Assembly (NCBI GenBank): GCA_030390025.1
Contig: CM059433.1
Span: forward strand, 21,702,001-21,766,000
Source: Squalus acanthias
Lineage: Eukaryota
Length of the DNA: 64,000 nt
Reading direction: 5' to 3'
Part shown: in pieces, positions 51,590 through 64,000 of the stretch
Numbering within the stretch: position 1 is the first letter of the stretch
Layout of the letters: the number at the start of each line of letters is the position of its first letter
Program-made: the position numbers and the translations under genes
The notes under the pieces: generated by a model
What the model saw: the letters and a program-made list of their open reading frames with translations, nothing else
Told to the model about the DNA's origin: nothing
Databases searched by the model: none

Positions 51590-54199
51590 ATTATTTTAAA
51601 ACAAGTAATATCCCTCTCTCACAAAGAGAGTTTTCGGTATTTTTGTGATGTAATGATGTTTTATTTCTTTGTCTGTGAAAGCAACCACAATGTAGAGCTC
51701 AAGGGAAGGTTTCAATGTGATACCTTTAAACACATCTGGCAGTACATTTGCAAACTGTCTTATTTTGAACACTGCTTAGATTGATATTGCAGCTAACTCA
51801 GTGGAAAGCCTTACTGTGCCAGCCAGCTGAAGCGATCAGCCGCTGCAACATCACAGCAATGCCTTTCATTGCCGCCCTGAGCTGGGTGCTGCATCGCACA
51901 GAAAGTATCATCGGTGCTTCCACAAAGCATCTTGCAGGAATCTTTAAACAGCTAATCAACTCAACTGGCAGTGACGGCTTCTGTGGAATTACCTGCTGTG
52001 TCAATCCAAGCAGTGTTTAGGAAAGTGCCCAACAGCTTTGTTACTGATGCCGAGTTGACGTCGCCACATCGGCTGCAGTACCATTAGTCACCAGAGGAGG
52101 TATCGGAAAGTTTTCGGAACAGAAAGCCACTTGGTGGGCGATTTTCCTCTTTGTTGACAGTGCAACTGGGAAAGTGATGTCAACATTTCCTGCCAAAAAT
52201 GGGAGATTTAAGTTAAGGCAATAACTCCCATCACAGAACTAATTTATCTTTTTGCAGATGTGCAGTTTTATTAACTTTTTGTCCAATATTAATTATTTAC
52301 CTCCACAGGATCAATATTTTTCACATTTGAAGATCAATAATTAATTTCATGTACAATCTTTTGCAACCCTTCAACAGTGGTGCTTTGTTCTCCAGAAATC
52401 AGGTGATACAGGCAGATGCAGAACATCAAAGAGAATGTCGGAACAATGATAGTAACAAAATAACTTTATTTCACGCTGCAACCCCTTAAACTTGCGTGTT
52501 ATGGCTCTTCCATACTTTAATATCATGGGATTAGACGCTGGTGAAAGAAATGCAAAACGTGAGGATTAATGTTTAATTTGAGGTAAGAAGACATTAGAAA
52601 GGGTAGATTGTAAGCAAAAGCAAGAGGAATCCAAAGATGCAATCATCTAAGTAGATAGTAGGTGGCATACTAGTGACCAGATTTTATGGAATTGGGTTGT
52701 AGAAAATTATGGCAGATCAAGAATTGGCAGTTGTGAAAAATTATTTCTTCACATCAGTCTTCGCAAAATTTTAGAAAATTCAGCTCCAGTCATATTTCTT
52801 CAGAAATGTAAAACATGTGGAGTTCAGTAAGGCAAGTATTATGACAAATCTCAAAGGACGAAGGGGTAGATTTTATGAATTCGTGGAAAATGAGTTATCT
52901 TGATGGATGGGCAATTGTGTGGAGCATGCTGGCTTCTATTGCTGAATTCTGGATGGATATAATTTTCTGACTAAGTGCATCTGATGGAGAGCCTTGCTTT
53001 CTGGGAGCGGATGTCAGAGTTAATGGTGTGTGTGGTGCATGACTTTCTGTCCCTTGATTTTAAATGGCTGGAAAATCATGTGAAGTGTCCCCCTCCCAAC
53101 TCCCACCAAATCTCTTAATATGTACTCAAGGTGGATGTGACTCACAGCTGGAAAATTCCAGGGAGTACTAGTTTGTAAAATTCACTCTGAAATATCTACA
53201 AGGCATCTGGACCAAATTGGATATCCCTTAGAATCCTCAGGGATATTTATTTTGGAGCTCCATAAAATCAGGAGTTGTACCTGAGGTAGGAAGGATAACA
53301 AATGTTAATCCAATATTCCTAAAAGGAGAGATATATCAATTTGGAAAGTATGGAACAGTTACCTTAGCTTTCATTTTCACTTAAAGAACACAGATCCATA
53401 ACTTGTCAGCGTAGCTTTAGAGGCAATAAGCTGTGACTCATAATGCTTCTTCAATTTTCTGAGGAGGTAACTGAATTACTAGATGCTACTCTCTAATGCA
53501 TAAAAGTTACTTGAATTTACTTGAGCTTTTAACACGTTTTATCCAGTACTGGAATGCAACTACAATCAAAACAATGAAGTGATTTTCACTTTGTGTGGAC
53601 ATCGAGTGGGTAATGCGATGTCCCTACCTGATGTCCTTGATGAGAAGACCTCATTTTCATAGGTTTGTCGATTGGGATAAGACAGAAATCTGGTGGTTCC
53701 TCCGCAGAGCCGAGCCGAAGTGGTGGATTAAGTGGTGGAGGCAGTTGCAGGGGGGGTGCATTCATGCTCCTCCTGCCCTCCACAAAACTCAGGGCACGGC
53801 GCTTCTAGACGCATTTTCTGAGTGGCCTGCGACTGTCCCTTTAAAGAGAACTGATTAGGTTGCTCAGTGCCTGGTACCAATGGATGGAGTGTGCACTGTG
53901 TACTTTCTACCCATTGCATAGAATCCCGATTAACACATTAAAAGTAGGCTTTCACCTGAAACACGTAGGTGCCTGGGCCACCCATGTGAAGGCTCCAGTG
54001 GAATTGTCGGCAGGCAGATCAGGAGCAAGAATGGGGTGGTAAGTTCATCCCTCGATTGTCTGAATGCTACCGCCCTCTTTTCACCCGGCGGCGGCCTGGG
54101 ACCAGCAAGAGTGCACCTACTGGATACACAGCGCTACTGCGGCCGCTGCCAGCCTGCACTCGCCCCTTTTCTGTTCACTTCTACCCCTCAACCCAGGAC

Positions 54200-54640
54200 T
54201 TAAAAACATAGAAACTAGGAGCAGGAGTAGGCCATCCAGCCCGTCGAGCCTGCTCCACCATTCAATACGATCATGGCTGATCATCCAATCCAGTACCCTG
54301 TCCCTGCTTTCTCACACAGAATCCCCATCGAGCCTGCACCGACACATATCCCACCCGATCCCCGTAACCCCACGTATTTAATTCCCCCTAACATATCCCA
54401 TCCTATCCCCGTAACCCCACATATTTAATCCCCCCCTAACACTAAGGGTCAATTTATCATAGCCAAATCAACCTAACCCGCACATTTTTGGACTGTGGGA
54501 GGAAACCGGAGCACCCGGAGGAAACCCACGCAGACACGGGGAGAATGTGCAAACTCCACACAGACAGTCACCCGAGGCCAGATTCGAACCCGGGTCCCTG
54601 GCGCTGTGAGGCACCAGTGCTAACCACTATGCCACCGTGT
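54200..54640 (-). mobile_element. HE1-like V-SINE
   Basis: Minus strand: tRNA head (tggcatagtgg...ggttcgaatc), V-domain gtgtggagtttgcacattctccccgtgtctgcgtgggtttcctccgggtgctccggtttcc, and a CR1-type tail. Internal 47-bp tandem duplication at about 54344-54440. Confidence 0.88.
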
Positions 54641-55149
54641 TAACTGAGGGCCACAGCCGGCAAGGCAGCTGGCCCAAGTTGGAGGCCAGTTAACTGCTGA
54701 GCTGCCTCTGGAAGCATGACAGATGCTCGCAGCTTACCAGAAATAGGCTGGTGTGGCCCAAGGTCCAATTATGGGCGAGCATTGGATCCCTAGCTCCAGC
54801 ACGCCAACCATTTCAAGCCTGAAAAATGGCTTGAACAAATTTCTGGGCCTAAAACCCAATGTAGCACTTGGGTGGGGTTCATTTATCTGCTGAATCCTTG
54901 GGTGACTTCCTTGAACTTTAAGATTGTTGCCTATTTCTACATTTTACCAGTCAAAAAAATAGCTGTTCCAAGAATGCTTAATAGCCATATTTATTATAAA
55001 GGTGCCATCTTGTAATCAATCTTGTGTTGACTGGTTGTGGTGCTTTGGTATTAAATTGACAAATGTGATTTATTCTGCGGGAGAGAAGGTGCACAATGAA
55101 TGCAAGAAGACTGTAGAATTGGGAGAGCAGATTTTGTGCTTGTCTTCAC

Positions 55150-56330
55150 CTGGGCTACAATTCTGCATTTTGTGTGCCTCGTAGTAAGATGAGGTGCTGT
55201 TCCTCGTCCTTGCATCGGAACAATGTAGAAGGCCAAGGACAGAGAGGTGAGAGTGGGAGTATGATGGAGAATTAATGACAGGGATCTCATGGTCATGCTT
55301 GCAGACAGAACGGAGGTGTTCAGCAAAGCGATCGTCTAATCTACATTGGGCCTCCCCAATGTAGAGGAGACCATATCATGAGCAGTGAATGCAGTATACT
55401 AGGTTGGAGGAAGTACAAGTAATTTGTTGCTTCACCTGGAAGGAGTGTTTGGGGTCCTGGATGGTCTGGGAGGAGGTGAGTGGGCAGATACTGCATCTAC
55501 TGTGCTCATATGGGAGGCTGTTGGGGTGGAAGATGAAGATGAGAAAATGTGAGCTGAAGTACAGGAAATGGGATGGACTTGGACGGTGTTTATCATGGTG
55601 AAGGTGAATCCTTGTTTGAGGAGAAATGAGAACACTTCGGAAGGTCTGGTGTTGAAGGTGGAGATGGAGGTACTGGGAGAAGGGAATGGAATTCTTACAG
55701 GACATGGGGTGGAAAGTGTACATCTAGGTAGTTGTGCAAATCATTGGGTTTGTATTGGTTGTCATTGGACAATGTATGCCCAAAGATGGAGAGAGAGAAG
55801 TCCAAAAAGGGAAGGAAAGAGTCAGAGATGGACCATGTAAAGGTAAAGGTAAAGGTAACATCGAAACATAGAAGATAGGAGCAGGAGTAGGCCATTCGGC
55901 CCCTCGAGCCTGCTCCGCCATTCGATGAGATCATGGCTGATCTTCTAAACTCAGTACCCTGTACCTGCCTTCTCCCCATATCCCTTGATACCTTTAGCTT
56001 TAAGAAATATATCTAACTCAACCTTGAATATATTTAATGACTTTGCCTCAACTACCTTCTGTGGTAGAGAATTCCACAGGTTCACCACTCTCTGGATGGA
56101 TGGAAATTTGAAGCAAAATTAATGAAATTCTCCAGATAAGGTTAATGCAGGGAGCTGCAGCAACATAGTCGTCTATGTAATGGAAGAAAAGATCAGGGAA
56201 GTGGATCTGAGTAGGATTGGAACAAAGAATCTTCGACAAAAGGACAAGCATAGCTAGGATCCATGTGGATTCCCTTAGCAACATCTTTTACCTGGAGGAA
56301 GTGAGTGGAGTTAAAGGAAAAGTGTTTAAG
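55150..56330 (-). mobile_element. Penelope-like element (RT plus GIY-YIG endonuclease), degraded
   Basis: FFHYIDDY (RT), HPMSCKNSIPFSQ, and TCTSSNLVYCIHC..GLLYIGEAQCRLDDRFAEH (GIY-YIG). Confidence 0.85.
55858..56095 (-). mobile_element. CR1 3' fragment inserted in the Penelope element
   Basis: Typical CR1 tail gataggagcaggagtaggccattcggccc...gaattccacaggttcaccactctctgg. Confidence 0.8.
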
Positions 56331-58059
56331 AAGATAAGTGAGGCTGCGGTGAGTGGTGATGTTTGGAGACTAATTGGGAAGTGATGTTTTAGTTAATAAA
56401 CTAATCAATAACAGTCAATGTGCTAGACAACTACAGGTTGAATATTTGTTAACTAGGCCTTACTAGTTGATAAACTAATCTTCTTTGCAATATTAATGCG
56501 GTGAGCTGGGAATATACAGTTGGTTGGTCAACATCTGAAAAAGAGACTACTTAATGTGTTGCATGGGACACATCATTAGAACTGGTAATGTCATGAGCAG
56601 AGCTGCTTTATAGTGCATTACTGACCAAAACAAAGACAAATGTCACATGTCTTCTATCATTCTGACCCAACTGTGACTTAACTATTCCTCTGGCCCACCA
56701 TTATTCAGCTATCACTCTCACACTGGAACACTCAGGACAGGGCAGGTCCAAAGAACGCAAAACTGCATCACTCCCATCCATTGTATATTCTCATTGTATC
56801 CCATTTCGGACATAAAACTGTGTATAAAAAAAACCTCTCATATGTAGAATGCAATCTACATATATGGTGTGAGGAAACTGCTTTGATACAGAGATTTTAC
56901 TCTGATTTTATGAAGAAAAAATTATTCGGCAAATATTCCTAAACATTAGTTGAATGTGGTGCATAGAATAACAGATGGCTGGCAGTGCATTACAAGGAGG
57001 TAATGTAGTCAAGCTTTACTGATAACATCATAAACTGTGAGAGTGAAGCAGAACCCTGAGATTGAATTACTACTTGGACTTCACTGCCAGCTGTTTAATA
57101 ATATAGTTTACTGTAAATTGGGAACCTTTTCTGCTGTAAACTAAAAGTTGCTGTATGCGTGCATTTTAATATATCAAAAATTAAAATTTACCCTATTTAC
57201 TGCATTTATCTCAAATTCATTCAGCAAAATTAAGTTTGTGAAAAAGTGCCGACGTCCTCAGGTTGTACAAGATGTACTTTTTGCTAATATTTCTCAACTT
57301 ATGGTGTTTTAGAAAGCCAGCTTCTTTTGACTTTCCTTACTGCTGTAGGACAGGCACTCTGAGCGTGTGTTACGGTATAAGTGAGGGGGCACTAAAGACC
57401 TGATGAGGTAGGACTTGAAAGTACCTGGCATAGTGTGACGGGTAATGCAGTATTCAGAATTATTTTTAAAAGCAAACCGCAGGAAGTGAACTACATGGTT
57501 GTCGTCATTAAGCTGACAATGGATACCTCCCACTGAGTTCCAGGGCTGTAATCAAGTCGGTGGGCTCTTATGCTGTGTACTGATTGCAGAGATTTATCAG
57601 CTAAACCACCAGGTTGGATCACTGTCTTAAATTCACACTTGGGTAGAAATTTGTCATTTATGCTCACTGAGAACTGTGGCACCTTGTTTATTAGACCAAC
57701 CAGTGTCACTGTTTCTGTGGTAATGCCATACCATGGGACAGCTCGCTCCATCAGAATCACTGATGGCTGTAACCCTACCTTCTCACAAATCAGGAAGTTC
57801 CCAGTTCGACCAGGATAAAGATAAATATATGGAAGCATTATGTTGTCACACAGAACTTCTGATTTACTTATTGTATATACAGAGCAGTGAATCTTCACAT
57901 TATCATTACTTTTATTATGAACGATGTGGTGCCACATCCCTATTTGTGTTGCCATTTCAAGGTACCACATAATTTCAGAATTGGAGGAACAGAACCAAAG
58001 AAGTTAACAAGAACAACTTGCATTTATATAGCACCTTTAACATAGTAAAACATCCCAAG

Positions 58060-59480
58060 GAACATAGCAATACGAATAGGCCATTCAGCCCCTCGAGCCT
58101 GTCCGCCATTCAATTAGATCATGGCTGATCTGCGACTCCATCTATCTACCTTACCTCCATTACCCTTGCCTAACAAAAATCTATCAATCTCAGTTTTGAA
58201 ATTTTCAATTGGCCTAGCCTCAACAGCTTTTTGGGGGAGAGAGTTCCAGATTTCCACTACCCCTCTGTGAGAAGAAGTATCTTCTGACATCAGCCATGAA
58301 TGGCCCTGCTCGAATTTTAAGCTTATGCCCCATTGTTCTGGACTCCCCACCAGAGGAAATAGTTTCTCCCTAATTACCCTTTGATCATCTTAAACACCAC
58401 AATTAGATCTCCCCTTAATCTTTTATACTCAAGGGAACACAAGCTGAGTCTGTGTAACCTGTCCTCATAATTTAACCCTTTTAACCCCGATATCATTCTG
58501 GTGAATCTGCGCTGCACCCCCCTCCAAGGCCAATACATCTTTCTGTACTTGGACCCCTATATCTCTCTGCTCATTCACAGTCCTAGCTTCTCGCCATTTA
58601 GAAAATACTCTGATCTATCTTTCTTTGGTCCAAAGTGGATGACCTCACACTTTCCCAAGTTTGCTGCAGTTTTGCCCACTCACCTAATCTGTCAATGTCC
58701 CTTTGCAACTTTCTGCTTCCATCTACACTATTTATTGTGCCGCCTAACTTAGTGTCATCAGCAAAGTTAGATGTACGGTTCTCTATTCCTTCATCCAAGT
58801 CATTTATGTAAATATAGTGAAAAGCTGAGGCCCCAGTACAGATCCCTGGGGTACATGTCGAATCACATCCTGCTAATTTGAGTGCATATCCATTATCCCT
58901 ACTCTCGGTCTCCTGCTCCTAACGAATTCCCTACTCAAGCTAATAGGTTGCCTCCAATTCCATGCGGATCATGGCTGAACTGCATCTTAACTCCATTTAC
59001 CCGCCTTGGTTCCGTAACCCTTAATATCCTTGCCTAACAAAAATCTATTAATCTCAGTTTTGAAATTTTCAATTGACCCCCCAGCCTCAACAGCGGCTTG
59101 GGGGAGAGAGTTCCAAATTTCCACTACCCTTTGTGTGAAGAAGTGCTTCCTGACATTACCCCTGAATGGCCTAACTCTAATTTTAAGGCTATGCCCCTTT
59201 GTTCTGGACTTCCCCACCAGAGGAAATAGTTTCTCTTTATTTCCTCTATCAACTCCTTTAATCATCTTGAAAACCTCGGTTAGATAGTTTCTCCCTAACT
59301 ACCCTATTAATTCCTTTGATCATCATAAACACCACAATTAGATCTCCCCTTAATCTTCTATACTCATGGGAATATAAGCCATGTCTGTGCAACATGTCCT
59401 CATAATTTAACCCTTTTAACCCCGGTATTTTTCTGCTGAACCTGCACTGTACCACCTATAAGACCAATATATCCTTCCAG
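58060..59480 (-). mobile_element. Cluster of CR1 3' fragments, partly duplicated
   Basis: NFADDTKLGG and FFTQRVVEIWNSLP motifs; the segment near 58358-58510 is repeated near 59283-59450. Confidence 0.85.
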
Positions 59481-59539
59481 GGACTGTCAGTCATAGACAC
59501 AAGCCAATTCTCTTGGTAAACTTCAGCAATGTTTTTATT

Positions 59540-59991
59540 AAAAAGAAAGAAAGTCTTGCATTTATATAGCGCCTTTCATGACCACCGGACATCTCAAAGC
59601 GCTTTACAGCCAATGAAGTACTTTTGAAGTGGAGTTGTAATGTGGGAAACATGGCAGACAATTTGTGCACAGCAAGGTCCCACAAACAGCAATGTGATAA
59701 CGACCAGATAATCTGTTTCTGTTATGTTGGTTGAGGGATAAATATTGGCCAGGACACCGGGGATAACTCCCCAGCTCTTCTTCGAAATAGTGCCATGGGA
59801 TCTTTTACGTCCACCTGAGCCTCGGTTTAACGTCTTATCTGAAAGACGGCACCTCCAACAGTGCAGCACTCCTTCAGCACTGCACTGGAGTGTCAGCCTA
59901 GCTTTATGTGCTCAAGTCCCTGGAGTGGGACTTGAACCCACAACCTTCTGACTCAGAGGCGAGTGTGCTACCAACTGAACCACAGCTGACA
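59540..59991 (-). mobile_element. Full-length Deu-domain SINE (SacSINE1-like)
   Basis: Minus strand: A box tggttcagttgg, B box ggttcaagtccc, Deu core, L2-type tail gaaaggcgctatataaatgcaag and (CTTT)n. Confidence 0.88.
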
Positions 59992-60479
59992 CTACATGTG
60001 ATTTTGGTCAACAAACAGTTAATCATAATACAACCATTGTTTGGAGAGTTTCAGCGCTCAAGACAGAGGGTTGATTGGAACTGTGGTCTTCGAGTGGTTT
60101 GCACCTTGACATCTTCTGTCTTCTTAGGCAGTAGTTTCTTACCGTCGACTGCAGCCTCGAGGAAGGCCAAACAACCTTGTTATATTCAACTTTTACTGTA
60201 TGTTCAGGGCATGAACGCTAGCATGGTCTCCATCTCCTCCAATTCTAAGTCCTTGTTCACGTGCAGAGTTTTTGGTGATTTGCTAACCTTGTTTGGAGTA
60301 GTAAATCGTGAAGTGTCTTATTCATAGCCCAGACTGTTAATGTGGTCAGGGCTATCTGTTTTCCACATTCTGTTATCCCCTTTGTTTCAGCTAATACTAG
60401 GTTCCACCATTTCCTTATCTGATGGTGACCTCATGATGCTGTTAGCTTCTTACTGATGAACCAGTTCAGAGTGCAGCAG

Positions 60480-61897
60480 TCCTTGCTGTCAGTGACTTTC
60501 TGAATTTAGGTTCTTTCTTTTTATGTCAATCAAACCTTTTCCAATGATCCTTCATTCAATGCCATGGCTGTAGAGGGGGCTTTCTCCTCTACCTCTGTCT
60601 ACTCGCTGGGTCCATTTATTTGGGCCTATTCCTTACTCTCACTCCCACTAGCAGCGTCATCATCCTGCACGGCATCCACAATTTCTGTGTCAATTCGCAA
60701 TCCAAACGCCAGGACTTCCAAATCAATATCGACAAATGAAGCGAAAGCTCTTGCCTGCTGGCAGTCACAACAGAGAACTCATACACTCGAAGAGACTTGC
60801 TGCTTCAGAGTCGGCCGTCGGTGCCTGTGTGTGACATGCGACATGTAATATTAGCAGCTTATGTTTGACAGTGAATTGCAGGAAAATTCACCAGCTTGTA
60901 TATATTAAACATACTTAGTGACAAGTGCAAGGATGGAGAAATTCGCAGTTAGCCAGTACCAGTCTTGGGTAGCCATTCCAGAAACGTCAGCCATGGCATG
61001 GAGTGCCAGCGTGGTATCAGTTGCAGCTGCTTCCTCTGCGGGCGGGATTAATTTACAGTGCCCAAGGCAGTTGGCAATGGATTCTCTTTCTAGATGCAGG
61101 CACGTCACGTGAGCCCTACAACTGTCACCTGCCAACTTTTCTGCCTGGCAATGCCGTGCTCGGCCAAAGTGACACAGTCGTTCCTCAGAAAGAGTACCAG
61201 TCATCTTTGCCTTTTTGTAGCTTCTGCAGGTTACATGCAGAGTAATAACAGCGTGGAAATAATGGGTGTTTTTGGAATTCCCAATCAGTAGCAGCTTTTT
61301 TTTTGCCCTCCAGTCATGATGATGCAAGATAGGAAGGTAATTCACTTCTTAGGTTTTTTTTTCTCACCTGAGTAGTTTTCATTGATGAAATATAACATTC
61401 TGCTTGGGTGCAGCTTGTGGGGAAAAAAAAGCCAATTTTTATCTGCCTTAAGGATGTATCCAGCCTTCTAATGAGGTAAGATTTCTCATGCCCTCAACTG
61501 CTAGCACTCTCTGTGGCATTGTTGCTTGCCTCCCTATGTATGGACTGCCTGGCAGCACATGATGCAGCTGATCCACGATGTGGAAGTAGGGTCGGTTCCA
61601 AATTCTTTGGTAGATTCATTTGCCTTTTACAGCATGACAAGGCCGGACAGGTTAGCTGCTCTGGGCTGCTTGAACAGGGTTGAATTTGAATGCATCAGTT
61701 GGTGTCGCAGATCAGGACCCATTTGGAGAGGGAATTTGAATTCAAATTCAAATGAACCAATAATTTGAATGGAGAGGTTAGAATGAAACAACAAATGTTC
61801 AATGCATTTTCAATCGGAGCCTTTTATTCTGCAATTTCAGTTTGAATTAACAGATGATTTGAATTAAGCAACTTTGAATTAAGAGAAAGAGACTATT
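60480..61897 (-). mobile_element. pogo/Tigger DNA transposon fossil
   Basis: KKLLLIGNSKNTHYF..LHVTCRSYKKAKMT (resembling KLLVIGKSKNPRCF..LPV.Y..NKKAWMT), an acidic C-terminal FVDID..DTEIVDAVQDDD segment, and Tigger-like ttgaattaag subterminal repeats near 61840-61897. Confidence 0.7.
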
Positions 61898-61907
61898 ATA
61901 TTCTGTG

Positions 61908-62000
61908 ACCTGCGACCTGAAGAAATATTGGATTTATAATTATGTAGGACCTGAAAATAGATTGAATTTATAACATAGGACCTGAAGGTATATTGAATTT
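61908..62000 (+). repeat. Degenerate tandem repeat of about 32 bp, x3
   Basis: gacctgaa...attg(g/a)atttataa...tag unit occurs three times. Confidence 0.65.
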
Positions 62001-62284
62001 GTGACATGCAACATGTAATATTAGCAGCTTATGTTTGACAGTGAATTTCAGGAAAATTCACCAGCTTGTATATATTAAACATACTTAGTGACAAGGATGG
62101 AGAAATTTGCAGTTAGCAAAAATGCAAATGAATTACGTAGGTCCCACTCATTAGAGGGGTAAATTCCATATTCAATAATTTACCATTAATCTGTTTATTC
62201 CAGAAGTGTATAAAAAATATTAGATTTTTATTGTTACAATATTACATTTATTTTCATCTTGAGTGTCATAAACCTGTTGGGAAA

Positions 62285-62720
62285 TGAATGCTATTTTTGT
62301 CCCCTTTTTGAAAATCCTCTCCCCTCTCCAATTTCCCTGTCCTAAAAGCATTGCCTCCTTGCTAAAGGTTTCTCCCATGGGCTGGTTCCCCTTCAGTACC
62401 AGTCTTGGGTAGCCAATCCAGATAAGTCAGCCATGGCATGGAGTGCCCGCAGGCTATTCAACTATAAAAACATTGCAAACAAGTCCAATCCTGTCCTCAC
62501 CTGATATCTACGCATGAGCACAGCTACCAGGGGTTACTGAGTGATGATAACCAACTGCAACCCTTGCTGAGTTTTCCCGTCCCTAACCCCAAGGCCACTG
62601 ACACCAAATCTAGCACCCTAATGGCACCCTGACTGAGATTGGCTAACTCAGCATAAACTGTGGTTTGAACGTGGGACCTTCCTTGTCTGTATGACTCATT
62701 TACTCACTGATTAAACTTGC
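62285..62720 (-). mobile_element. Old tRNA-derived SINE
   Basis: Minus-strand head tcagtgagtaaa...cgttcaaacc; shares internal motifs with 18170-18480. Confidence 0.55.
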
Positions 62721-62741
62721 TAAGCCATTCGAGGAGGTGCT

Positions 62742-62898
62742 GGGGTAGAAATTAATCTCGGGCGGTGGTGCAAAACGGGCGGTATCGGATCGGCCGTCTG
62801 TTGTACGCAGCGTCTGATAGTTCCATTGACTGTGTATCACGGGCGGTCGGTCCAGCACTCACCATTTTGCACCACCGCCCGTGACGAATTTTGAGGCC
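62742..62898. mobile_element. Short palindromic MITE
   Basis: Perfect 17-bp inner arms cgggcggtggtgcaaaa / ttttgcaccaccgcccg; termini ggggtagaaatt and aattttgaggcc. Confidence 0.7.
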
Positions 62899-63099
62899 GT
62901 TGTCTCCTGTTACCTCATGGGAAGTAACTTTCTCTTTCTACAGAATATATAGCTGCCATTTTGAAAATACTATTAATGGGGATGATTAGAATAAGAAATT
63001 ATCGGCAAGTATAGCCCCAATATTTATAATTTAATAACTTGTCAAGGAGCTGGTTTACTTTCCTTGCTGTGTGGCATTTTAGAACACAAACGACTATGC

Positions 63100-63125
<26 letters not shown>
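63100..63125. repeat. (TA)n microsatellite
   Basis: Run of about 13 AT dinucleotides. Confidence 0.95.
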
Positions 63126-63133
<8 letters not shown>

Positions 63134-63857
63134 AAAAATATTATTGGTGCCAACACACAATGTTATCACCAACCACTGGTAACAGCGACACAGTCACTGC
63201 TTCACTTCCTTCCCAAGCTAATGGTTTAAAAACCACTTACAATACCAATGAAACTTGCAAGTAGAAATGTAAACCAGATTATTAACATCTACTATTTGCA
63301 GGGTAGGAAAGTAATTTTCATCTCCCCCTGAATAAATTATGCAAAGGACAGACCATTGAGCAGCAAAAACATATTCAGGAGTCTGCACTGCCACATGAAA
63401 AGTATAAAACATGTTATTCAGCAATGTTTATCCCCGCGCCTGTTATAAAATCTCGCATGATCTTTTATTTTTCAGCAGATGTTTGGTACCACAAGCTTAA
63501 GAATTAAATCAGTAAGGGGAAATCTAAGCTATTCTTATCAAGAGAAGGTCCCTGCGCTGCACAGTTGAGGCAAGATTTTAATTTGTAAGTGCTGTAGCAG
63601 AATGACAAATACTCTACATTAGCTCTAGAAATGTTGTTTCTTTCTGTGTGATAATTGGCTCTATTTGGTGCTGCATTAGTTGAAGGTCAAGTGAGCTGGA
63701 AAAATCAACATTTTATAAATCTAAGATTGTCAAACGACCATTGAAAACTTCTGCTATAAGGTGATCTGAACAGCGTCCAGTAAGATGAGGGAACAAAAGA
63801 GTTTGAGTGGTAAAAGTGTATTATAGGTAGATTAGCAATACTTGCTATTCACGCTAA

Positions 63858-64000
<143 letters not shown>

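Noticed and set aside
57398..57430. Hammerhead-like ctgatga...gaaa
   Set aside because: No convincing helix II, helix I or cleavage triplet geometry; likely chance.
57491..57970. 159-aa minus-strand ORF as a nested gene
   Set aside because: No recognisable domain or splice context; cannot be supported without a homology search.
59935..59991. tRNA genes (also 5468, 22865, 54580-54640)
   Set aside because: These are A/B-box heads of SINEs followed by SINE cores and LINE-derived tails, with no complete cloverleaf.

Overview
This is eukaryotic, repeat-dense vertebrate DNA, most likely from a cartilaginous fish (shark), judging by the HE1/V-SINE, Deu-domain SINE, CR1, L2 and Penelope content. 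The whole window lies inside one + strand host gene, a CUB-and-Sushi multiple domains gene best matching CSMD1. Five coding exons are readable with canonical AG/GT boundaries and consistent phases: 14967-15105, 15280-15467, 18650-18844, 29671-29787 and 63910->64000. They encode CUB-Sushi-CUB. Everything else is intron filled with transposable elements: an RTE LINE, many CR1 fragments, an L2, a Penelope-like element, three or four SINE families, a pogo/Tigger fossil, a possible hAT element and a possible solo LTR. There are also two PIF/Harbinger transposons, one with a spliced Myb/SANT partner gene and one with a nearly intact transposase, and more than a dozen Harbinger-type MITEs. I see no prokaryotic system, CRISPR array or clearly new gene system, and most ORFs in the track are spurious. 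The most noteworthy signals are Penelope-type minimal hammerhead ribozyme motifs, the two Harbingers, a MITE hairpin carrying a 5' splice site on each arm, and a two-template local insertion. All family assignments come from motif recognition, not database searches.
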